A DNA stretch of 36,842 nucleotides from Nemertoderma westbladi. Lineage: Eukaryota; Animalia; Xenacoelomorpha. The notes below the pieces were generated by a model. It saw only the letters and a program-made list of their open reading frames with translations, did not search any database and was not told the DNA's origin. Below, piece after piece: positions 1-10,752 of the stretch (positions within the stretch are counted from its first letter, which is position 1; every line of letters begins with the position of its first letter). The position numbers were made by a program, and so were the translations under genes. The DNA is taken from contig JAUCBJ010008922.1 of NCBI GenBank assembly GCA_032718475.1, forward strand, positions 1 to 36,842, in the 5' to 3' direction.

Positions 1-703
1 AACAGTAAGAGTCTTTTTCTCTTTGGGGCGAGCCACTTTACTAGGAGGGCTATAACTCCTGGGTGAGGGGTGCAATACGATTGCATCTGAAGGTTTAGGA
101 TTACGGTCGGTGTATCCGCCGGTCGAGGTACCCGGTTGATCAACGTCAACATCGGTGGAACGAGGTCGAACAACCTTTTGAGCGCGTTTCAGGACAGCGG
201 CTCTTACTGGTCCCTGATGGGTCGTTTGCACGATTGCGATAGGTTGACTGTGTGTAGTGAGAAATTTCCTCGGTTTGATGGTTCTCTCTTTATTTGATCT
301 TTATTTGATGGTTCTGGCTTTATATTCATATGGTCATCGATGAACTTTTTGTAGCTCTGGATGCGAGTTTATGAACAAGTCACCGTATTCTGGATCTTGA
401 CGGATGAAAGTTGATCAAGTTATAGGAATTCAGGTTATTAGGATTAATATTCCTAAGATACTTGCGAACAAATTTAGTTGAAATATTCTCGCCAACACGC
501 TTCATCAGCTGGTAGCTAGGAGTGCGAGATTTTTGCTCGACGGAAGCAAAGAGATAGGGGTGAAACGCATAGACTCCTTCATAGGCACGTCCGGGATAGT
601 ATCGATGACGTGATTCGCAATCGAGATCTGTGTTAGCTTCTCAAGCTCTGATATAACGCAGGGCAACCATTTTGTCTACGCTTTTTAGATCTCAGTTGAA
701 AGG

Positions 704-901
704 GCAATCGAAACTTGCGTGTCCTTTAAACTGACAATGATGACATTGAGTCATAAATTGAGGACAGACTGCGAAGATGTGTAGATTATTGAGTCTACAA
801 TACGCACAATAAATCTCCATAGCAGGTTGATCTTTAAAGTAGGAGCAGGGTACGCTGGAGACCACCGGGGTAAAGTGATCTCGTGATGCACATAATCGGC
901 A
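704..901 (-). other. Three tandem Cys/His zinc-knuckle motifs in the extra ORF
   Basis: CRLCASRDH-x9-C, CAYCRLNNLHIFAVC (Cx2Cx5Hx4C) and CHHCQFKGHASFDC (canonical Cx2Cx4Hx4C). Confidence 0.85.
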
Positions 902-1409
902 ACGTTTCCTAGAAACATAATTGGCATGCCGATAATCGTATGCTGTGAAACATTGTGGACCTTGATACCATTCCAGCACATAATCATTGTCGCTGCTCCT
1001 GGGCGCTGTGGGTTGAATCTCCTCAGACTCCAATCAAATTGGTTCTTCTTCCAATTGCATAGCTGAGGTAGGTGCAGCAGTTTCCTCAAGTGAACCCACT
1101 GTTTGAACTTCTACAATAGAATAACCTGTGGGAATTTGGGGTCTTTGTATGACAGATGAATGTAGGTTCTGTATTCAAACGTCCTTAAAAATGGCGAATC
1201 CAGCGCTGTCCAACTTCTCAGCAGCTGAGTCTCTTAAGCTGAGCTTGGTCAAAGCGCGGTCCTTGAACTGACTATCAACGTTGCGGAACGGAGTCAGAAA
1301 GCGCCTAAAGCATTCGAATCGGATGAAATTATTGTGTTCATCTAGCTTGGCGAGTTTGGTTCCAAGCAGTAAGGGATGAGCGCGTATAGTGCGAGTGCAC
1401 ACATCGGCT

Positions 1410-2130
1410 AGCCAACCGGCAAGTGCGGCGTTCTCGAAGATAGTGTATATAGCTAATGAGGGATGGAGTGGAACACTCATAAAGCTATAGACGACGCCAG
1501 GTACGGTTAATGGTCCGTCAAAATATAATCGAGAATAATGATCTCCATATATTTGTTGGTAACTGACAGGGTTTCCAACTTTGAAATTCCATCCATATTC
1601 TTGGAAGGCAAGATGTCCGATAGAGGTTCATTGTACTTTATTGATTCCGCTTGATGTATTGGCATACATAGTTCGGAAGAAACCTCGGCCTTCTGCCCAT
1701 GGTGCAATCAGCTGGGTGTCTACGAAAGGATATGGGATATTCTCCATGTTTCTGAAGTCATTTTGGAGATCTCCATAAACAGCTTTTAAACTTAAACTTT
1801 TAAACCGATTTTAAGGAATCTCTCGTCAAACAGCATCTCGAGCACTGGCTGGGATAGCATAGATCCATCTATACCCATGGCCGGTTTGCGCTCGGTATCG
1901 GTAACATAACGCTGCGCGAGTTTGAATTGTCCATGTCGGAGTTTCTTTTGTATCTCGGTGAGAGTCTCAAAAGAATCGATCATGTCGGAACACGCTCGAG
2001 TAAACACATGTGTAGAACCAGCTAGTCCTCATATGTGTATCATTCGCATAGTTCCCAGTTCTCCAACCGGCACGCTACCTTCGTTATCGTAAGTGACAAC
2101 TCCATACATTTCGATAACGTTAAGAGTTTC
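1410..2130 (-). other. DEDDy (DnaQ-superfamily; WRN/EXD/Mut-7/RNase D-like) 3'-5' exonuclease-like domain in the extra ORF
   Basis: ExoI-like GVVTYDNEGS (D at 2088-2086, E at 2082-2080). ExoII region LEMLFDERFLKIGLKV-[frameshift]-LKAVYGDL, then FVDTQLIA and SIGHLAFQEYGWNFK. ExoIII-like PLHPSLAIYTIFE has E in place of the usual D. Motif order and spacing match the family; recognised by eye only. Confidence 0.65.
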
Positions 2131-4399
2131 GTTCCACTCTTTGGTAGTGTTTTCTATGGTCATACCCACTGTATGCCATAAGGTTGCGTGTTCGCTTGCG
2201 TTAGGTAAATCGCTATACTTCAGATAATGTGTAGTATAAGTCTCTGCATCTCCATATCGCTGTATTCTCTCTTCCTCGAATAATACGTCGAGATTCCAAT
2301 GGACTAATCGAGTTTTAATAAATCCATCGAGATTATACGGAGGTATTATGTCCTTTTCTATTCTTGAAACATTATAAGGTTTTCTGAATGAGTTTACTTT
2401 AACCAATTGATCTGAATGTTTCTGTAGTTGTTCGAGTTCAACAAGATCAAGGGGGTTTATCAATGGTAGAAACTTTAAACTGTGCGTAGGATCTTCCGGT
2501 TTCACCATATAATATTGAGTCAGATTGACATAATAAGGGTGATCTTTGATCCCATAAAATGAGTTTGGTAAAGGTCTAGCGCGTAGGTTGACCTCGTATA
2601 CCATACAACGGACAAGATCCGCTCGATTGTCCGGAGGTTCAACGAGTATACCGTCGACACGAGCGGCCTCGATTGGCGGACGTTGTAACATAGGAGTGTC
2701 AGCGATAAGATATCTAGATCTTAAGTTGATATCAACCGGTTGGGGTTGTACCGTGGCGAAGAGTTTGTCTCCGAAATGGGGAACCATCGAAGGATGAATG
2801 ATGGTTTTGGAATAGAGATCAGTCATAAGAATTTGAGCTTCTGGCTGGGCTAAAGCTGCTTCCTCTCTCTCATCCATTTCGATGTGCTTCTCCTCGAGCT
2901 GATTTTCCTCCGCTTGTCGTTGGAAGCATTCGTCCAAGAACTCTTGTAGAGAGTACGTTCGTCCAAGTTCGATATCTTCTTCGAGATTCTGGATTTCCCG
3001 ATCGAACTGGGGTAAAGCCAATTCTTTTACCGCTTGGACTTGTTGTTGCAATTTACGTTTGTCTAAACAATCGTAGGTTCCCTTTCCGATCTTTTGTCGA
3101 ATAGCGTCTAACAAGTTTCATACAATGCTCTCCTCCACCTCGGTGACAGGTTGTATAGGGGTAAAACCGGGATGATTATACAGGTTGAACGGTGATATTA
3201 GCTGTCCGCGTCCCAATCCGGCTAGGTAGGATGGGCGAATATCTAGAGAGCCCACAACCGGAGTGCCACCGACTAATTGTTCGGGTAACACTAGATCTTT
3301 GAACAATGAGTAGAGTTCAGGAGGATCCGTCATACTATTAGGATCAAGAGTCTGAGGTCTCACCAGAGAATGAGGAGGTCTGACCGAGTATTCCGGAACT
3401 CTGATCATAGGTTTATTTAAGGATCGTTTGAGTCAAGCGAGCATAGGTGATACGTCGAATAAGTTACGCTCAAAACTCCCGTAAGTATAGCGAGTAAAAC
3501 TGTGTTTAGCGCAACGTCTCCGCGGATTTTTATGTCTTTCCGTTTGTTGATTGGGTCTAGGGCATTCATCGCAGTAATGCCAAAGACGCACGTCTTGTAA
3601 GGGGAACGCTGGTGATCTTTCTCCAGTTTTACAATATTCCTCCATCTGTTCGAAGCTATCCGGTACAACAGGTAGCGGTCGATCGGCGGTAAGATACATC
3701 ATAGTAACATAGAGTCGTTTGAGTTCTATCATAGGGTTATGATGTATACCTTGAGGATATCGAGTTTCTAGATTTTGTTGACTGGCTACATTGAGATAAG
3801 TTTCTCTCAAGAATTCCAAATATTCGTTGAAGTCACTGCGTTTATCCGGCTCTTCAACATCTTCTCTTTCGAGTCGGTTTCGTATAGAATTTTCATGTTC
3901 GATTCTCAGTTTATCATTCCGACTCCGCTGGGTATGATATTTAAATAGGATCATTTCTCTTTCTGTATCTACATCGTCCATGTCGTGTAAGTAAATCGAT
4001 AGGATGACCAGTAGTTAAGAAGTCAATATACGTACCATTACGATGCGTATAGCGAGCGGTGAATTTCCGATAGTCCAATTCACGCTTGTGCTGTTCTTTT
4101 GACATTGGCGGTTCGATATAATGGCCATCATCTTCCGTAGTATGTTGACTAGCGTCGCTGCTTATTAAACTATCAACAAATGCTTGCAGTGGTAGTGTAT
4201 ATCGCTCCATGATACCAAGATCATCTTCTATCAACTCAGTCATAGCTGCTATATGAGTTTATTGATATTAGAGTTAATAATAATCAGGCTAGCAGTCGTC
4301 GCTGCCTCCCCCTCAGTGCCCCCGGACAGCGCAAGATCCTCAGCGCTGATGTACTGTCGTCTCTGTGCCTCTCGCCAATGTAGTAGCTACACAACGACA

Positions 4400-5830
4400 A
4401 CAACAACCAGCGCGAGTCACTCCACTGTCCATCCCAAGGGCTTAGATATACTGGAGGTACTTGCTACATAGGCGGGGTAACTTTCACAACTGCGACTCGC
4501 TACTGTAAACACACTTTAGTAGTAACATTTACCTATAAATACACAAATTCCACATTCCTGTCACAATTTGTACAAATTAGGGCCATTTGTCCGTTAGTCA
4601 AATGCCTTCCAGAATGCCACGTTATTATTATGTATCCCTGGATACTAGCAAGGTGCTATTTATTCCGCATGCTATTCAATAGGGCAAGCTTTCTATTGTT
4701 CCTTTAACTCGCTTCTAATTCTAGCGTGGTTGTTACTATGGTGACATTATGGAAAGCTAGCGGTAGAATTAGAGTAATTCTCATGCATTCAGATCTGGGA
4801 TGCTATTTAATAGTGATTCTTTAATTGTCAATATTCCCCTTATACATGATTTTATGAATTTTATCGGCTATTGACTGTACACTGGAGATTCTCTCACACT
4901 AATATACTTAATAGGGTGAATCTCCGCTCCCATGATCTATTAAGTAATGGAATTTTGGGAATGTTTATAAATTGTATAAAATGACAATTTATCAAATTCA
5001 TGAGAGGATATGAATTTAAAATTTATTCCCGTGAATTTTATTATTTGTTATTAAATAGACACAATTTTATTCCAGAACATGTCTGGGGACTAGGATCCTT
5101 AATTCCAGAAATTTGTCTTTTAAGAGTATCGGTAAGTACTACGATATCTTAATTGACTAGAATTTTAGAGGATCGAAAATTTTAACATATTTGATTTATA
5201 GATTTTCTGGAGTTAATTTGTTAGTTTTGTTAATTTGTTATTTCCTCTATTTTAACATTTGTTATAACAAACGTTATAAATATTTATTAAATATTTAATA
5301 TTTAAGATGGGCACCGATTTATTCCAGAACATGTCTGGGGACGTTAACCACTGATTCTAGAATTTTGTCTTTCAAGTATATCGGTGGGTGCCGCGATATC
5401 TTAATTGACTAGAATTTCAGATGGTCAAAGGGTTTAACAGATTTATTTGAAGATTTATTAACAGATTTGTTTGATAACATTATTAATATTAATAATATTT
5501 GTTAATATTTTGAGCTTCAACGCTACTGTTAAATGGACATCATTCTACTATATATATTATTTAAGATACGGTATGAGAGCAATATTGCAAGAAGCAATGT
5601 CAGTGAGAAAAGGCAAGTCGTTTCCAAGGTCTACCCAGAGCTTGGTTTAGCCGAGACACGAGAATCTGAACTTTGCATTCCTGATACTCTACTTACCAAT
5701 AATACTTGAGTATAGTAGGGGCGGTATATTGTACTTTTAATAAGTACAGACATTTCATCTTACTGTAGTCACGTATTTATAGTATGATACGGACAGTAAG
5801 GAAAGAGAAAATGAATTATTTCTCGCCGTT
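4400..5830. other. Hairpin-dense non-coding spacer between integrase and the extra ORF
   Basis: Many inverted repeats: TCTAATTCTA/TAGAATTAGA (4714-4773), GGAGATTC/GAATCTCC (4884-4925), CAATAG/CTATTG (4677-4698), GTATCC/GGATAC, TAGCA/TGCTA, nested AATTGTCA..ATATTCCCC / GGGGAATGT..TGACAATT (~4823-4989) and CTTACTGT/ACAGTAAG (~5759-5799). Confidence 0.65.
5066..5460. repeat. Diverged two-copy direct repeat (period ~252 bp), each copy carrying the same hairpins
   Basis: TTTATTCCAGAACATGTCTGGGGAC at ~5066 and ~5318, followed in both copies by ...TATCGG...CGATATCTTAATTGACTAGAATTT. Confidence 0.85.
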
Positions 5831-6030
5831 AAACGAAATATATTATACTAAGTAATTAAGTAATAAAACACGAATATATTGCACTAATCTACTGAATAAT
5901 CGTTAAAATATTATTCTACTAAATAAAATTAAAGAAAACGATTATAATAATAAAATTATATAATAATGCATACATAAATATAAAAATAAAAAAATAAAAT
6001 AATGTAGTCACACACCTACTCCAAACACTG

Positions 6031-7902
6031 TTACGTTGGGGAATCCCTAGAAGTTTGTTGGATTAGGGAGGTGGTCGTGGGAAGAGTCTCTTGCCTTCCA
6101 TAGTTACCGGACAACTCTCGGTCTCTTTCCAGTAAACATAAACGACCAACTGGGCGATAAAGTTGTTGTGTTTCGAATACAAATCCAGGTTTCTTAAAGC
6201 TACGTCGCATGACAACGAGTTCTACCGATCGTACTAAACCATCATATGAGATATGAGTCTCGATGATACGAACTGTCTGCCACCTCTTACGTGGAAGATA
6301 TGATTCCACGATAAGGACCATGTCTCCGGCGCTGACGTTTTCTTGCTGCGCAAACCACTTTGTTTGAAGTTGTAGCGTAGGAAGATAATGTTTTTGGAAA
6401 TGGTCAGCGAAACGACGGGATAATAACTGCATAAGTCGCCAAGTTTGTCGGCAGTATTCGTCTCCGTCTGTGATTTCCGATTGCGGGAGCATGGCTACAG
6501 GTTTCTTTAGTAGGAAATGCGCGGGTGTTAGCGCTTCTAGGGAGTCGGGGCTCGATGAGACTGGCATAAGCGGTCTCTCGTTAAGATAGGCGGCGATTTC
6601 TTCCATTAACGTCCACAAAAGTTCGTCGGTGAGATACGCGCGGCACGGCACTATAAAGTGAAATGCGGTCTTCACGCTTCGTATTAGTCTCTCCCAACTT
6701 CCTCCCCACCAAGGGGCGTCGGCGGCGTTGAAGGTCCAGCTAGATGCTGTTACCCTTAGATGATCGTCCACCTGTCTTTGGTTCCAATCTTTTACGTAAG
6801 CTTTGATCTCATTATTGGCGCCAATGAAGTTTGTTCCTTTGTCAGATCTCATAGTGTTGCTAGTCCCAAAACGAGCGATCTGTCGGCGTAAACTCAGTAT
6901 GAAGCTGTTGGTAGATAGATCGTTCACCATATCTAGATGGATCGCTCTACAAGTCATACAGACAAAGATGACACACCATCGCTTGACTATAGTCCTAGCA
7001 CGGCATACTTCAATAGGGCCAAATAAATCCATACCAGTATTAGTAAAGGGTGGTTCATAACAGCTTACTCGTTCCCAAGGTAATTCTGCCTCTCGCTGTG
7101 TTAAAGGCCTACTAAATGCTTTCCTATAAGGTATACAGTTCCTAAGAACTTGGTTCAGAGCTCTACGGGGCTTGTGGAAATAATAGCGAGTTCGAATTTC
7201 GCTAAGAACTCGTTCTCTACCAGCATGGTAAAGCCTACTGTGAACATCTACAATCATCTTGATTTGTAATTCAAGATTTCTAATGAGTATGGGAAACTTA
7301 GTGTCAAAGGACAATGGAGCATTGGTTAATCTCCCTCCGACACGTATTAACCCATCTATCATTGTACTAGAGAATCGATCCCTTAAGCGCATCTGTGGAT
7401 TTCTCAACAACAGGAAATACTTATCGGAATCTTCGTAACATTGCAGGAGTCTCAGTATCTGCTTATTGGTATCATCATGTTCTTGGTAACTGATCTTCTC
7501 AGTCAGAAACCTATCAGACACTCTATAAGTGGGAAGGTTTTTAATAGCATGGACCCTTTCAGATACTATTGGAGCGGTATCACTAGCGATTTTCATCCTG
7601 GAATAGTGATGATGGAAACACCTTTTCAGATACACAACGGCCTTGCAAAGCCGATTCCAGGAGCTATAATGATCTATTGCTCTTTGTAGGAGAGGGGAGA
7701 GTCCTTGCGAGACGTCTGGTGTTCCAGATTTCCAGTCTCTTTCCCTGATTTCTATAACAGATTTATTCATATTTCTTGTAACATCCGTGGGTGTATTTAA
7801 ATCCACAGCGTCGTCACCGGAGGTGTGTAGTACAGACAGATCTATCACGGGTTTAAATAACTTTGATTTACTCGTCCGGGTTTTAGGTTTGACTTTCTCC
7901 AC
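6031..7902 (-). pseudogene. BEL/Pao pol: integrase (HHCC zinc finger, DDE core, C-terminal domain)
   Basis: GLIRVGGRL, HSRLYHAG...CIPY (second Cys changed to Tyr), TGMDLFGP, RSDKGTNF, WERLIRSVK, LNERPL, LTPAHFL, GDMVLI. Confidence 0.95.
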
Positions 7903-7929
7903 TCCCTTGGCTTGTCTAATCTCCGCCGA

Positions 7930-8460
7930 GATGAGGGGGCCATTCCTCCTCTTCTTTACTCAGGAAGTCGGGTCCACCTAACCAGTCTGGAGTATCTATC
8001 AATTCTTGAGGAGTTGCTCCTCTGGAAGCGATGTCAGCTGGATTAATCGTCCCAAGGCAAAGTCTCCATTGATCCGTATTAGAGCAACTGAGTATAATGG
8101 CTACTCTGTTGGTAATGAAGATGCTGAAATGACAGACTTATTTGTTATATACTCCAGAACGAGTAAAGCATCAGTCCAATAGACAGTTTTCTTCAGTGGA
8201 TAGTCGATCTGTTCTGTTACATTCTGGCCGATGGCTGTAGCGTATATTATATATATATATAATATATATATAGCCTTTAACTCGTAGTTTGTTGTTTATT
8301 AGGGCCTTAGAGGCGACTAATGAAACTTTAATTCCATCCAGAGTTTCAACCCTCAGGTAGGCTACTATACCGATTCCCATATCGCTGGCGTCTCCAAACA
8401 CATGGAGTTGATAGGAATATGTGGGGAGAACGTGACCAAAATATGAGCGGGAAATCTTAT
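7930..8460 (-). pseudogene. BEL/Pao pol: RNase H region, frameshifted
   Basis: LHVFGDASDMGIGIVAYLR and LVASKA. Other frames give YWTDALLVLEYI, FITNRVAII, NPADIASRG (~8020-8046) and WLGGPDFL...WP. Confidence 0.92.
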
Positions 8461-9570
8461 AAAGTTCTCGATGGATGGTAGAGAATCTTCCCATTTCATC
8501 CACTTCCTTAGCAGTTCTCCCTTGAGTGGATCATCCCACGAGTGGTTTTCGAGCCACATTTGTTGTACTAAGCTCCGAGCAACTAATATGACTGGGCTAA
8601 TAAATCCCAATGGATCGAAATAAGTGCTCAGGATACTTAGACAAATCCGTTTAGTTCTAACTGGATTATCTCGTTGTTTTAACTGAAAGAATAAGATATC
8701 TCTCTCCGTGTCCCATTTTAATCCAAGAGTCTTGGTTTCTGGAAGATCGTCTTTAATGCGGTCCAGGTCTTTAACACCGCGGTCTTCTGCTGGTATCGAT
8801 TCCAGGAACTCACGGGAGTTGCTAGTGAATTTGGTTAGGCGAAATCCACCTCGTCGTAAGCACTCAACCATTCCCTTGGCAACATTTATTGCTTCTTCCA
8901 CCGATGGAAGGGACTTTAAATTGTCGTCTATGTAAATATCCCGTTTGATGTTGTCGATAACCGCTTTAGAGAAGGCGTCTCGGTTGTCATCGGCAGTGGT
9001 ACGCACTACCGAACAAGCGTTCGAGGGGCTCGAGATGATCCCGAAAGCCTGGATTGTCATCCAGTACTCTACTGGTTTTCGGTTGAGGTCTCCTTCAGGC
9101 CACCACAGAAATTGTAGGCTGTCTCGATCCCTATCCAATGCTTTGACTTGTAGGAACATGCCTTCGATGTCCGAAGCGAACGCGATCGAATATTGCCACA
9201 GTCTTAGTAATATTCCCAACAAAGATTGGAGTAAGTTGGGTCCCGGCAACAGTTCGGAATTCAGGGATTGGCCCATGTAAAGGGCGGAGCCGTCAAACAC
9301 TACCCGGACTTCGTTTGGTTTACCGGGATTGGGAACGTAATGATGTGTCAGATAATACGTTCTCTCCATTACGGGTGTTTCTTCCGGAACTCGCTCCGCG
9401 TATCCATTATCTATAAATTTCTTCAGTTGGGTTTTATACATTTCCCTGGCTTGAACGTTAGTCGTCAAACGCCGATGTAATTGTGTGATTCTTTTTTCCG
9501 CTAAAGGTCGGTTATTTACGAAGCTGGGTTCTCGCCGTCAGAATGGAAGACCAATCTCATAGCGACCTTC
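8440..9570 (-). pseudogene. BEL/Pao pol: reverse transcriptase
   Basis: GRYEIGLPF*RREP..NNRPLAEKR, YYLTHHYV, RVVFDGSA, SLNSELLPGPNL, DIEGMFLQV, FGIISSP, YIDD (8923-8934), GGFRLTKFTSNS, KTLGLKWD, FDPLGFISP. Confidence 0.95.
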
Positions 9571-10290
9571 ATCCTTCAGATAACGTGTGGTCGTTTCCTG
9601 AATCTGCTTGGCTCTCTCTTCTTCGACAGATAAAGCTTTGTCGTAGGAATTAGGCTCTACGGCTTTTTGAGTAAAGAATCGTACGGTGTGTTCATCGCGT
9701 AGTTTGTTATTATATCGATCTACTACTTCGTTTAATTCATCATTGTACTTCAATGGTTCGCTATGTTGGTTGATAAGGTTACATAGGTTGACTTGGTTTA
9801 ACCAAGTTTGAGTCTCAGTGAGGAGATCAATGGTATTTTCCTCGTCATATAGGTTGCTTATGCCATCATTATCTGAGGAGTATGGACTTTCCTCAGTTGG
9901 AATTTCTTCTTCACTTATATCTTCCTCCCATTCACTCACCTGGTGGACTCGTTGACTTGGGAGTCTTTCTAGTAAGGTCATATGGGAAGGTCCAGTGAAG
10001 TACCAACCTACTCTCATTCTTCCCGCATACATCTGGAGTGGTTGCGGTCGAGCTGGCCGTTTTTCTAATGTCTCAAGCGCCTCGTGCGCATTTTGGCCGA
10101 GTAAAATCTGCACCCCTGGATAATCCGTACTAAATCTAGGTATGTTGCATTGCTGGGTAAAATGATCTTCATCCCAGTTGTAAGGCTCCACTTGGCTAGT
10201 AGCAAAGTTCTTTATCGTCACCATATATTACACTATTTTCTCCTAGTTCATCCTGGGGAGTGGACAACGCACCCACGTAGTAATCTGTGG

Positions 10291-10520
10291 TTACTGTGGA
10301 TTTCCAATAACATGCATAATTCCGGAAAGGTTCAGTTTGGTTCGGAACATTGGTTGACCAGCAAAGATATCTTCGGCTAGGTCTTTGTCGATAAAGGTGC
10401 CTGTACTGCCGGAGTCAAGGAGGGCATTTACTATTAAGCCCCTCCCTATTCCATGCACCCTCAGTTGCACCACCGGGAATTCTCGGATACCGACAGATGA
10501 AGTTGGCGCTTTCCAAGAGG
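10291..10520 (-). pseudogene. Retroviral-type aspartic protease
   Basis: FPVVQLRV...VNALLDSGSTGTFIDKDLA, with the catalytic Asp codon at 10416-10414. Confidence 0.9.
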
Positions 10521-10752
10521 GCTGTCGATCCGGAATAGACAGTCGAGGATCTTCTCCGTCTGTTTCAGTCTCATACGTAAGCGCTCGATACACAGTTGTG
10601 TTGATCATATAACAAGATTCATTTTCGTCTGAGAATTCGTCTGTGTAGAATCCTTCCATCTCCGAACTGTGGTCAGTGACGTTCACATCACTGAATTGGA
10701 CATGTAGTTCGGGTTCACTCACCTGACTCGTACGGGTCCTGTCAAATTCTGT

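Larger units (their letters stand above)
1..4243 (-). pseudogene. Extra ORF 3' of pol, >1400 codons, broken by nonsense and frameshift changes; runs off the left edge
   Basis: Track ORFs 3981-3433, 3408-3118, 3114-2029 and 2007-1792 share one frame and are separated by single TGA codons. After a frameshift at ~1790 the frame continues (LKAVYGDLQNDF...FVDTQLIA...) into ORFs 1480-1175 and 1033-692, then on towards base 1 with another shift at ~400. ORF 4243-3941 joins by a shift at ~3990. Confidence 0.8.

Noticed and set aside
692-4243. Extra ORF as env, or as the gag of a second downstream element
   Set aside because: No signal peptide or TM anchor is visible. No LTR or PBS precedes it, and no protease motif appears in the ~230 codons after the knuckles. 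This cannot be fully excluded because the ORF leaves the window.
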